Shown here: positions 54,178 to 63,356 of the stretch, in pieces
How the letters are laid out: each line of letters begins with the position of its first letter
Numbering within the stretch: the stretch's first letter is position 1
Origin: Candidatus Latescibacterota bacterium
GTDB taxonomy: Bacteria; Latescibacterota; UBA2968; UBA8231
Length of the DNA stretch: 64,000 bases
NCBI GenBank assembly: GCA_965204725.1
Contig: OZ242005.1
Coordinates: 1,152,001-1,216,000, forward strand
Direction: 5' to 3'
Notes under the pieces: model-generated
The model's input: only the letters and a program-made list of their open reading frames with translations
Told to the model about the DNA's origin: nothing
Database searches by the model: none
Position numbers and translations under genes: made by a program

Positions 54178-56361
54178 TTGGTCATGCTGTTGGCATCCGC
54201 TGGCTGCCTGTACGTCAAAAGCCCCCTCGACAAGGTAGAAGCGCGGCGCATCGAATCACCTGCGCTTGGTAGGCCCACCGAAGTCGCCGTTGGTGCTGCC
54301 AACAGACGATTGACCGTCACTTGGCGCGAAATGCCCGGCGCGGCGAGTTACAAGATCGCCGTCAGACCCAAAAACGAACTCGTCCCTACATGGCGCGAAT
54401 ACACGGCGACTTCTGCGCCCTATATTGCGGATAGGTGGGCGATGAGCGGGATAGAGTATGAGGTGCGGGTGGCCACGGTCAACGCCCACGGTCAGTCCGA
54501 GTGGTCGAGCACGGTTTCGATAACAGTCCCCGTACTCCAAGCGGCTCCGTCCGATGCGATTGACATCGCCTCGTCCCCGTTGGTGGGAGAATTCATAGTC
54601 GTTGACTTGCACAGCCAGCGTCCATTTGAGAATAGGTCGGTGTGGCATTGGTTTATTTGCAGCGCGGACGGGCTTGATTGCAAGCTATTGCCGAGGCGTC
54701 GACCCTATCAATCTCAACCGACTTGGGAGTATTTCATGGAGCCGGCCTATGAAGGGAAGCACCTGTCGGTTCAGGTTGACTACGACAAAGAGGGGGGGTC
54801 GTACTCGGCGACGGCGGGGTTAGGCGTCGTCGGGGCCGCCCAGGACCGGGAGCTTACGACGCGGGAGCTTGCGACACCCGACGATGAAGGTGTACAGGGC
54901 CGGGAGCTTGCGACGCACTTGTATGCTCTCGATCTCAATGGGGTCTATTTCCGCTCATGGGAAGGCGAGAGCCGCGGCGCCATCGCGCCGTTGGGCAACG
55001 ACTTGCTCGTGGCCTCGCCGTGGGGGATGCTCGCGCTGGTGCGCCCCAACCGAGCGGTAGCGTATCTCGATGGGAACGTGCCGATGAATGGGGCCGAGTT
55101 CCAAGCGCACCCGGACAAAGCAAATCTCCGCTTACACCAGTTTCGAGTAGCCGACATTTTGTTGAAACAGCACTCGGTGGGGCGGTATGAACTGTTTGTG
55201 ACACATCACTATTTCACCGGCGAGTGCATCCGGTTCCGGTTGTCTGCTACGACGCTCCTGCAACAAGGCGCGGACATTTCGGTATCGCCGGCGTGGAGAA
55301 CGATATTTGATGCGGATCCGTGTGTGAGTGCCGCATCCGAGCAAGCGGGGGGCCGGATGTTGACGGACGGTCCCGACCACTTGTTGGTCGTAATTGGAAC
55401 TCATGGTCAAGACCACTATGCTCAAGATCCGGCCTCGCACTTGGGCAAGCTCGTCCGCATTGAAATCGAGACGGGGCGGGCGTTGATACTGGCCTCCGGC
55501 CTTCGCAATCCGCAGGGGCTAACCCGGGACGCGGCCGGCACCTTGTGGGAGACCGAGCACGGACCGCACGGCGGCGATGAACTCAACATACTGGAACTGG
55601 GTGGCAATTACGGTTGGCCGCAGGTTACGTATGGCATTGAGTCTGGAAGCTGGGTCAAAGTGTCCCGAGTCGAAAAGCTAGGCCGACACGATGGTTTCAC
55701 AAAGCCTGTTTTTTCTTGGCTGCCGTCCATCGGCATCTCCAACCTCGTCGTCAATGACGAGCGATGGTTCCCGCTGTGGGAAGACGACCTGCTGATCGGT
55801 TCGCTTGTCGGCAACGCGCTCTTTCGGGTTCGTCTCGACGGCGCGGCTGTGCAATACGTCGAGCGCATTAAAGTTGGCTATCGGATCCGGGATCTCGCGC
55901 ACATGCCGGACGGACGTATCGCGCTATTAGGCGACGGTGAAAAGGTCTATTTCCTGAGCCGATCCTACGCCTACTGCAACGACGAGGATACGTTGAACCT
56001 CCGCCCCGTCTATGCGGTTGACTGTGCGGCTACGGTGGGGAGCGGTGTTGCGGCTACGGTGGGGGCGGTTGCGGCTACGGGTGCTCAGTTATACGGCACA
56101 CATTGCAGCGGTTGTCACAGCCTGACGGTCGAGAAGCACGGCATAGGGCCGCATCTTGTCGGCGTGGTTGGCCGGCGTGCGGGCGAAGTCAGCGGCTACC
56201 TGTTCTCAGGTGCCCTCCGCTCACTGGACTTGGCGTGGACGCCGACCCACTTGGAACAGTTCTTGGCTGATCCCAAGCAGTTTGCTCCGGGCACATCCAA
56301 GTCGTTGCACATCACCCAAGCCGAAGCCCGCGCCATCGTAGATTTCATCGAGGGCGATTGA
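54178..56361 (+). CDS. FN3 + PQQ-dependent glucose/sorbosone dehydrogenase + cytochrome c fusion; the probable true start (54086) is out of frame
   Basis: FN3 (LTVTW..YEVRVATVNAHGQSEWS), GLRNPQGL, ETEHGPHGGDELN, GNYGWP, RIRDL, heme motif CSGCH..GPHL. Confidence 0.85.
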   Translation: MVMLLASAGCLYVKSPLDKVEARRIESPALGRPTEVAVGAANRRLTVTWREMPGAASYKIAVRPKNELVPTWREYTATSAPYIADRWAMSGIEYEVRVATVNAHGQSEWSSTVSITVPVLQAAPSDAIDIASSPLVGEFIVVDLHSQRPFENRSVWHWFICSADGLDCKLLPRRRPYQSQPTWEYFMEPAYEGKHLSVQVDYDKEGGSYSATAGLGVVGAAQDRELTTRELATPDDEGVQGRELATHLYALDLNGVYFRSWEGESRGAIAPLGNDLLVASPWGMLALVRPNRAVAYLDGNVPMNGAEFQAHPDKANLRLHQFRVADILLKQHSVGRYELFVTHHYFTGECIRFRLSATTLLQQGADISVSPAWRTIFDADPCVSAASEQAGGRMLTDGPDHLLVVIGTHGQDHYAQDPASHLGKLVRIEIETGRALILASGLRNPQGLTRDAAGTLWETEHGPHGGDELNILELGGNYGWPQVTYGIESGSWVKVSRVEKLGRHDGFTKPVFSWLPSIGISNLVVNDERWFPLWEDDLLIGSLVGNALFRVRLDGAAVQYVERIKVGYRIRDLAHMPDGRIALLGDGEKVYFLSRSYAYCNDEDTLNLRPVYAVDCAATVGSGVAATVGAVAATGAQLYGTHCSGCHSLTVEKHGIGPHLVGVVGRRAGEVSGYLFSGALRSLDLAWTPTHLEQFLADPKQFAPGTSKSLHITQAEARAIVDFIEGD

Positions 56362-56480
56362 CCTTTTATAGAAAGCCCCTAAGTTCACGACAGGCGGTCA
56401 TGTCGCTGTGCTTGTTTCTATCGTGGTCATGGGGACGCTCCGTAGCTGAAAGGTGGGATACCCTCAGCGTAGGAACTACC

Positions 56481-56494
56481 TTGACCACGGTCAA
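56481..56494. promoter_or_regulatory. Operator-like palindrome upstream of cas3
   Basis: TTGACC-AC-GGTCAA, 33 nt before ATG 56528; the left arm is also -35-like. Confidence 0.45.
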
Positions 56495-56527
56495 CATACT
56501 AGCACCATTAGTTAAGGAATAGGGCAC

Positions 56528-57597
56528 ATGACCTTCGATCAATTTTTCTCCGCAGCATTCGGCAAAGACCTTAGCCCTTTTGCCTATCAGCAAGCACTCG
56601 CAAATCGGGCTTGGCCGGACGCGCTCATCGCTCCGACTGGACTTGGCAAGACCGCCGCAGTGGTGCTCGGCTGGGCTTGGCAGCACATCGTTGACGAACA
56701 CGCGCCTCCGCGTCGCTTGGTCTATTGCCTGCCCATGCGTACGCTCGTTGATCAGACAGAGCGGAATGTCAAAGAATGGTTGCGCCGGCTAGGTGAGGCC
56801 GACCCGCACTGGAAATCGCGCCTCCCGGGTCCCAACACCGGAGTCCATGTCCTTATGGGGGGATGGGGGGCATGGATGAGCCGCGCTGGTTTGAAAAACC
56901 CGAACATCCGGCCATCCTGATTGGGACCCAAGACATGCTGCTCAGTCGCGCCCTGATGCGGGGGTACGCCATGAGTCGCTTCCGCTGGCCGGTAGATTTC
57001 GCGTTGCTGCACAATGACGCGCAGTGGGTCTTTGACGAGGTGCAACTCATGGGCTCGGGGTTGGCGACCTCCACGCAACTTGAAGGTTTTCGCCGCAAAT
57101 TGGGGATGGAGATTGCCTCGCGCAGTCTCTGGGTGTCGGCAACCCTTCATCCAGACTGGCTAGACACGGTTGATTTCAAGCAAAGTCCGAAGGTTTGGCG
57201 CGTTCCAGACGACTTCCCCGAAGACGCGCAATCGCCGCATGTCCGCAAGCTGATTGACGCGCCCAAGCCGATTCAGCAGGCGTCCGTTGCGCCAGTGAGT
57301 GCCAAGAAGGCCGATCTGGCTGCTTACGCTACGGCATTGGCGGATGAAACGCTGCGGCTGCATCGAGAAAACCGCACGACGCTCGTGGTGGTCAACACCG
57401 TCGCCCGCGCTCAAGCTGTGCATAAGGCTCTCCAGAAAAAGGAGCCGCCCGCTCACCTCGCCCTCATTCACTCGCGTTTTCGGCCCCAAGATCGCAAAGC
57501 GCAGATGGACAAGCTGCCAGAGCCTGGGGAGGCGAAAGACTTGATCGTCGTTGCGACACAGGCGATTGAAGCGGGTGTCGATCTTTCGGCGGCGGTA
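56528..57597 (+). pseudogene. cas3: Type I-G (I-U) Cas3 helicase, frameshifted and 3'-truncated
   Basis: APTGLGKT, PRRLVYCLPMRTLV, GTQDMLLSRAL.RGY.MSR.RWP..F.LL.NDA.WVFDEVQLM, VVVNTV, HSRFR, VATQAIEAGVDLS. An 8-bp duplication ATGGGGGG (56855-56870) shifts the frame; motif VI and the HD domain are missing. Confidence 0.88.
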
Positions 57598-57650
57598 GCT
57601 TGCGCCGACGCGGGACGAGCTTTGTGCAGTTCCGATAAGGCGAGCCCGGG

Positions 57651-57686
57651 ATTTCCGGGGAGGAAACGTCCCGGCCTCATTGAATT
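57651..57686 (+). CRISPR. Solitary type I-G-like CRISPR repeat 1
   Basis: ATTTCCGGGGAGGAAACGTCCCGGCCTCATTGAATT: 36 nt, CCGGG/CCCGG stem, 3' end GGCCTCATTGAA as recalled for I-G repeats; about 55 nt from the cas3 break. Confidence 0.72.
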
Positions 57687-57830
57687 TGACCAAATCAATA
57701 AACCCCAAGATGCTGGACCAAGCCCTTTGCTAAACGGATTTGTTCAAGATTGATGGGAGTGTTAGGTTATAAAATCACCTAGGCTCAAGAATTTATAGAA
57801 CCTCAATTAAAAAAGTCGTAGATAGCAAAA

Positions 57831-60434
57831 ATGGAACATTTCGAGGAGTACCTTGATAGCCTCGGCTCAAGTAAATTTCGGCAGCTCTGGCCAACTCAGA
57901 AGCATGTCTTGGACGACTATAGTACTCAGTTCTTGGATGCTAAGGATGTCGCCATCGAGCTCCCAACGGGGGCTGGAAAGACGTTGATAGCATTGCTCGT
58001 TGGGGGGAAATGGCTCGAAAAAGGGAAGAAAGTAGTCATCTTGTCGGCGAACAAGACTCTAGCTCGCCAAATGAATGCGGAGGCCGAAGCACTTGGGCTG
58101 AAGGTAGCGTACATGGAAGGACGTGGTGAAGATATTCCGGCTAAAAAACGGCGGTCTTATCAGCGTGCCAAAGCGATCGGAATCATGAACTACTGGGTCT
58201 ATTTCAATCAGAGCCCAGTAGTTGACCCTGCCGACCTTGTAGTGATGGACGACGCGCATCTAGCGGAGCATTGTCTAGATTCGCTTTACTCCATCATGAT
58301 TAGCCGGAAGTACCATAAGGATCTCTTTGAGCAGCTCGTCCGAGAACTTCACGAGCGCTTTCCTGACTATGCTATCTTGGCAGACGCGGTTGCGGATGAC
58401 GTGCCGCCGGATACGCCAGCAGACCTGCTTTCGTTCATTGACCATGCAGAGTTTGTGGGTCGTCTCAAAGAAAATATCGATGCATCTCCGTTGTTAAGTT
58501 CAGACACAGACCTGAATTTTCGCTGGAATCGTCTTCGCAAAAGAGTCCACATTGCGAATTTCTATATTGGACGGGATGCCCTCTGGCTGCGCCCATACGT
58601 CTATCCGCTTATCGAAAACGAATACTATCAAGACACGACGCAAGTTCTCTATATGAGTGCCACAATTGGCGACCCAGGTGATTTGGCACGTCGCTTGGGA
58701 ACTCGACCAATCCAGAAGATCCAGGTTCCGGCACACTTAGCGGACCGCAGTTCCGGTAGACGCCTAATCGTGATGAATAAAACAAGTGACGACTCGGACA
58801 TTCCGGATCAGATGGCTCTTGCGCTTCTCAACGCCATCCGCGTTCATCGCAAAAGCGTTTGGCTGTGTACGAGTGAACGCGAGGCAAGCCATTTCAGCAA
58901 AGTAGTGAAGGAGTGGCTTAAAAAAAACAGTTGTACCGACCATCCGACATGGATTTTGACGCCACTCGGAGATGAGATTGATCGATTCCGTCAGGCACCC
59001 ATTGGTCATCTTTTCGTAGCAGGACGTTTCGATGGAATGGACTTCAAAGACGATGAATGTCGGATCGTCGTTATAGCCACTATACCAAGGGCTATCAACC
59101 TTCAGGAGGAATTCATTACGAGCCATCTGCGCGATAGCGGCTTCATGCGCCAACGCCTCAATCAGCGTATTGTTCAGGGTCTCGGGAGATGCACAAGGGC
59201 TGAAGGTGATTTTGGAGTCTATTTTTTAGCCGACCAGAGATTTGCTACTCATTTCTCTCGCGAGGCCAACCGAGGTGGAATTCCTCAACACATCGCGACA
59301 GAGTTGGACCTCGCCCAAGATTTAGCTGAGCTAGGAGAACACGAACTCGTGACGTACGTCACGACATTTCTCAGTGGCGATTTCACCACTTACGATGACG
59401 AACTCGCTGAGCTCCAAGAAGAGGCTATACCACCTCAAGAAAAGGGTACTATTTCCGACACATCCAAAGACGAGGTGATTGGTTGGTCTGCGCTGTTTGA
59501 AAGCGAGAATTTCGAGGTTGCCCAGCAGTGCTTTGAGCGATGCTGGGAAACTGCTAAGGCAGATGACAATCTCCTCGAAATAGCGGCTCTACACGGATGG
59601 CATCGAGCTAAGGCGATTTATCTTGAAGGACTTCGTGGGAATCGAGGAGCTTTGGAACAAGCTTTCCGAGTGCTGGAAGAGGCAATTCAACGCGGGGGGC
59701 AAAGGCCTTGGTTCAACCGGATGCGCGGCTCGCTCAATCGAGTACGCAATCAAGAAAATGCTGACGAAACTGTCATTAAGCGAGAATACGCTGAGGAAGT
59801 GATTCATCGTTTCGATGAACAGCTTGAACGCTGTGGGACGTCGGGGCCAAAGTTCCAAAAATTTGTTAAACGCCTCGAATCAAGACTGAAATCAGAAAGT
59901 CACGCAGAGTATCAGGAGGGCCTAGAGACTCTCGGATCTCTGCTTGGTTTCCGAGCACAACGCCCCCAACGTGGTACGCTAGCCGATTGCACATGGCGCG
60001 GCGACTTCGGTAACTCTCGGGAGTTGATTATTTTCGAGGCGAAGATCGAGCACGAGCCTTCAAACTCGATCACGCTCGGCCACTTGGGGCAGGCCCATGG
60101 ACAGTTCAGTAGAGCCAAAGAAAGATATGAGACGTTGGGCTATTCAGTCCGAGCAGTGGTGGTCACCCATCTCAATCAGTTAGCTTCCGATGCTCAATCA
60201 TCTGTGGGGCCGATCAAATTTCTCCAGAAGGATATTGTGCTAGCACTCTGGAGTAGGGTTAGTGGCATCCTGACGGCGTATCGTTCTCGCTGGAGCGTCG
60301 ATGATGTTCGAGCACAGAGAGACGCTGCGACGACTATCAGACCTCGTCTTCCCGATACTGGCTGGATTTTGCGGGCCTTAGATAGTGCGGATCCTTGGCT
60401 CTCGAAAGCTGACATCCTGAAGGAATGGGGCTAA
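57831..60434 (+). CDS. SF2 (DinG/Rad3-like) helicase with C-terminal PD-(D/E)XK nuclease; Hna-like antiphage protein
   Basis: LPTGAGKT, DDAH, MSAT, RFDGMDF, QGLGRCTR, C-terminal ADCTW...IIFEAK; 867 aa; lower GC. Confidence 0.75.
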   Translation: MEHFEEYLDSLGSSKFRQLWPTQKHVLDDYSTQFLDAKDVAIELPTGAGKTLIALLVGGKWLEKGKKVVILSANKTLARQMNAEAEALGLKVAYMEGRGEDIPAKKRRSYQRAKAIGIMNYWVYFNQSPVVDPADLVVMDDAHLAEHCLDSLYSIMISRKYHKDLFEQLVRELHERFPDYAILADAVADDVPPDTPADLLSFIDHAEFVGRLKENIDASPLLSSDTDLNFRWNRLRKRVHIANFYIGRDALWLRPYVYPLIENEYYQDTTQVLYMSATIGDPGDLARRLGTRPIQKIQVPAHLADRSSGRRLIVMNKTSDDSDIPDQMALALLNAIRVHRKSVWLCTSEREASHFSKVVKEWLKKNSCTDHPTWILTPLGDEIDRFRQAPIGHLFVAGRFDGMDFKDDECRIVVIATIPRAINLQEEFITSHLRDSGFMRQRLNQRIVQGLGRCTRAEGDFGVYFLADQRFATHFSREANRGGIPQHIATELDLAQDLAELGEHELVTYVTTFLSGDFTTYDDELAELQEEAIPPQEKGTISDTSKDEVIGWSALFESENFEVAQQCFERCWETAKADDNLLEIAALHGWHRAKAIYLEGLRGNRGALEQAFRVLEEAIQRGGQRPWFNRMRGSLNRVRNQENADETVIKREYAEEVIHRFDEQLERCGTSGPKFQKFVKRLESRLKSESHAEYQEGLETLGSLLGFRAQRPQRGTLADCTWRGDFGNSRELIIFEAKIEHEPSNSITLGHLGQAHGQFSRAKERYETLGYSVRAVVVTHLNQLASDAQSSVGPIKFLQKDIVLALWSRVSGILTAYRSRWSVDDVRAQRDAATTIRPRLPDTGWILRALDSADPWLSKADILKEWG

Positions 60435-60612
60435 TATGCTGGTCAGAAAGCAGGAGGTAATAAGGGCAAGCGGTTTGGACTTTTGTTGTCTTTAGAGGTG
60501 GAAGAAGTTGTGAATGAATATACGTTCTGGTTTGAGGTACGAGACATGTCGGCGTCGAGTTCCTCTTGCATGGAGGAGTTGATTGTTAAGGTACTGCATT
60601 CCAGAAACACTG

Positions 60613-60648
60613 ATTTCTGGATCAGTCCCGCCTCGCCTTCATTGAAGC
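60613..60648 (+). CRISPR. Degenerate type I-G-like CRISPR repeat 2
   Basis: ATTTCTGGATCAGTCCCGCCTCGCCTTCATTGAAGC: 36 nt, same orientation, 22/36 ungapped identity to repeat 1, canonical ATTGAAGC end, stem lost. Confidence 0.5.
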
Positions 60649-60720
60649 GTGCGATAGGTCTGGCTATATTGGAGGCCGCTTTGCAATCGCCAAAATTGCG
60701 CCACCCGCGCCTCATTCGCC

Positions 60721-61512
60721 ATGAACGACCTCGAAACGCTACAATACCTATTCGATGTGCAGGGCTATCTGGTGCTCGAAAATGTCCTCGACGCCGGGGA
60801 AGTGGCCGCCCTCAACGACTTGCTCGACGCGCACCTGCCGCCGGCCAAGGGCAACCGCTTTGGGGCCGCCCCCAGCGGCTCGGGCTTTTTGGACTGGGGC
60901 CAGCCCTTCATTGACCTGCTCGACCATCCCCAAATCATGCCCGTGTTGCGCTTCCGCTTGGGCGATTGCTTTCGCCTCGACCGGATCTACGGCTTGTGCC
61001 TGCGCCACGGCATGGCCAGAGGCAGCTTGCACTGCGACTACGGCCCCACGTCGCCCACCTCCGGGGCGCAGCCGGGCCAGTACCACCCCCTGCGCGACAA
61101 CCAAATCCTCAACGGCTTTGTCGTGGCAACTTGGAACTTGACCGACGCCGGGCCGGACTACGGCGGCTTTTGCTGCATTCCCGGTAGCCACAAGAGCCAT
61201 TTCAAACTGCCGCAACCCATTGCCGACGCGCCTGAACAAGCCCCCTGCGTGATCATCCCCTCGGCCCCGGCTGGCTCTGTTACTTTGTTTTCCGAAGCCC
61301 TGACCCACGGGACGACCGCTTGGCGCGGGCACCACCAGCGACGCGCCTTGCTCTACAAATACTGCGTCTCGCAAATGGCTTGGACCAACAGGCGCGTACA
61401 ACGGCCGGCCGACCTAACCCAGCGGCAGCACCTGCTCTTTGGCGAGCCGGCGGATCCGCACCGCTTTTTCCCCTCGCTCTTTGCCGGCGTAGATGAGGGG
61501 CCGAGCGCGTGA
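60721..61512 (+). CDS. PhyH family dioxygenase
   Basis: FDVQGYLVL, LHCD, GGFCCIPGSHK, EALTHG. Confidence 0.9.
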   Translation: MNDLETLQYLFDVQGYLVLENVLDAGEVAALNDLLDAHLPPAKGNRFGAAPSGSGFLDWGQPFIDLLDHPQIMPVLRFRLGDCFRLDRIYGLCLRHGMARGSLHCDYGPTSPTSGAQPGQYHPLRDNQILNGFVVATWNLTDAGPDYGGFCCIPGSHKSHFKLPQPIADAPEQAPCVIIPSAPAGSVTLFSEALTHGTTAWRGHHQRRALLYKYCVSQMAWTNRRVQRPADLTQRQHLLFGEPADPHRFFPSLFAGVDEGPSA

Positions 61513-61577
61513 GGTCAAGGCCGCTCCCCATCCGATCAAATTAGCACACTGCCTTCACCCATTTCGACGAGGTTCCA

Positions 61578-62363
61578 ATGACCCCCGAACAAGCCCTAGC
61601 AAAACGCCAACAGTTATTGCGCGACGGATTCTGCGTCGTCGATCACATTCTCAGCGACGAATTCCTAGGGGAATTGCGCGACGAGACCGAGCGCATGATG
61701 GAGGACTGGGTGCCGCCGCCCGACTTCAAGTACCAAGGCCAGCACGTCACCGCACGCGGCGAGGACAACCCGACTATCCAGAAATTGCTCGACTGGCCCC
61801 CCACGCGCCGCGCCCTCGACCAAATGGGCTTGGGCGACTTTGCCAGCACGGGCGGCATTATTCTGCTAACGAAAGACCCGGGCGAACCGGCCCTGTATTG
61901 GCACCAAGATTGGATGCAGTGGAACGATCCGTTGAGTTGTTCGCCGTGGCCGCAGATCATTTTTGTGTCCTACTACTTGAGCGATACCTCGCCGGAAAAC
62001 GGCTGTCTCAAAGTCATCCCCGGTACGCACCACAAGCGCGTCCCGCTGCACGATGAAATGGTGCCGGCCCACGAGCAAGGGGCGCGTTTTATAGAAGAAG
62101 ACCACCCAACCATGTTCAGCGATCACCCCGACCAAGTCGATGTCTGCGTCAAGGCCGGCGACTTGGTGCTGGCCGACGCCCGCGTCCTGCACTCGGCGTA
62201 TCGCAACCAGACGGACGAGCGCCGCACGTTGGTGCTGGCTTGGCACCGACGCCCCGAGACCGTTCCCGCTTATTGGACCGACCCCGTGCCGGCCATCATC
62301 GCCGCCCGCGATCCGAAAAAGGAATACCCCGGCTCGCGCATCCCCGGCGAGCTCTTGCAATAG
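61578..62363 (+). CDS. PhyH family dioxygenase
   Basis: RDGFCVV, WHQD, ENGCLKVIPGTH, LHSAYRN. Confidence 0.92.
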   Translation: MTPEQALAKRQQLLRDGFCVVDHILSDEFLGELRDETERMMEDWVPPPDFKYQGQHVTARGEDNPTIQKLLDWPPTRRALDQMGLGDFASTGGIILLTKDPGEPALYWHQDWMQWNDPLSCSPWPQIIFVSYYLSDTSPENGCLKVIPGTHHKRVPLHDEMVPAHEQGARFIEEDHPTMFSDHPDQVDVCVKAGDLVLADARVLHSAYRNQTDERRTLVLAWHRRPETVPAYWTDPVPAIIAARDPKKEYPGSRIPGELLQ

Positions 62364-62384
62364 CAAAATCCAACATGGCCTCTT

Positions 62385-63185
62385 ATGAATCGGTATTCTG
62401 TTGGATACGATGAGCGCACGGTCCGTTTCTTGGCGGACCGCACCGCCGATACGCACGCTCAGTTCCTGCTGGAGTACCTCGCTCCCGGGATGGACCTCTT
62501 GGACGGTGGCTGTGGGCCTGGGACCATAACCAAGGGGCTGGCGGCGATCGTGGCCCCGGGGCGCGTCGTAGGCGTGGACCGAGAACAGAGCCAAATTGCT
62601 CGTGCCCAGTCCCTCGCCGATAGGTCCGCCGCGATTGAGTTCAGAACCGACGATCTGTGCCGCCTGACTGCGGACGACGAGTCGTTTGATGTCGTCTTTG
62701 TCCACGGAGTCCTAGAGCACATCGCCAACCCAGCAGAAGCCCTCCTTGAGATGCGCCGAGTGCTAAAATCGGGCGGACTGGTCGGCTCAAGACACGCCGA
62801 CTTCGGGGGGTTCCTGCTCGAACCCACGCCAGAGCCGCTCGGGCAATTCGCGCCGTTGTTCATTGAGTTGATGAAACGAAATGGGGGCGACCCGTACTTT
62901 GGCCGTCGCCAGTTGGGGCTATTCCGCGAGGCGGGATTCGAGATACTCAAGGTTTCCGCGTCGTACGACTGTTGGACATCGGATGCGGACGCCACGCGGA
63001 AAAACGCGCGCTTTCTTGCGGAGTTGTGCGGGGACTCTGAATTCTCTGATCAGCTTGTGGAATACGGACTAGCGGACAAACGAACCTTGGAGCAGCTAAA
63101 GTCCTCGTTCCTCAGATGGGGGGCGATGCCAGAGGCGTTTGCGGCCGAAGCATGGGGGGAGATCGTCGCTAAGAAGCGTTCTTAA
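62385..63185 (+). CDS. Class I SAM-dependent methyltransferase
   Basis: LLDGGCGPG, SFDVV, VLEH, EMRRVLKSGG. Confidence 0.92.
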   Translation: MNRYSVGYDERTVRFLADRTADTHAQFLLEYLAPGMDLLDGGCGPGTITKGLAAIVAPGRVVGVDREQSQIARAQSLADRSAAIEFRTDDLCRLTADDESFDVVFVHGVLEHIANPAEALLEMRRVLKSGGLVGSRHADFGGFLLEPTPEPLGQFAPLFIELMKRNGGDPYFGRRQLGLFREAGFEILKVSASYDCWTSDADATRKNARFLAELCGDSEFSDQLVEYGLADKRTLEQLKSSFLRWGAMPEAFAAEAWGEIVAKKRS

Positions 63186-63228
63186 CACTCCTGTTGCTCT
63201 TGGCTCGTCTTGCCTGACGACGCGAGGG

Positions 63229-63255
63229 GTCATTCTCGCGAAAGCGGGAATCCAG
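63229..63255. repeat. dRS3/REP-like palindromic element, copy 2
   Basis: GTCATTCTCGCGAAAGCGGGAATCCAG. Confidence 0.8.
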
Positions 63256-63287
63256 CGCCTTGGCCAATCCGCCCTTGGTCGGCCTGT

Positions 63288-63315
63288 CGTCATTCCCGCG
63301 CACGCGGGAATCCAG
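63288..63315. repeat. dRS3/REP-like palindromic element, copy 3
   Basis: CGTCATTCCCGCGCACGCGGGAATCCAG. Confidence 0.85.
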
Positions 63316-63356
63316 TCTTGAAGGATGTAGGATGGCTATAGGTACGCGTTTAAGGG

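Noticed and set aside
57687-57703. Putative spacer TGACCAAATCAA resembling the cas3 promoter palindrome TGACCACGGTCAA
   Set aside because: Only six contiguous matches, needs a gap, and no fitting PAM.
57598-57753. C-terminal tail of the 296-aa ORF as real Cas3 sequence
   Set aside because: Similarity ends at VDLSAAV; the tail is read-through across the repeat and intergenic DNA.
60483-60914. 143-aa ORF after the helicase as a second defence gene
   Set aside because: TTG start, no motifs, runs through repeat 2 and out of frame into the PhyH gene.
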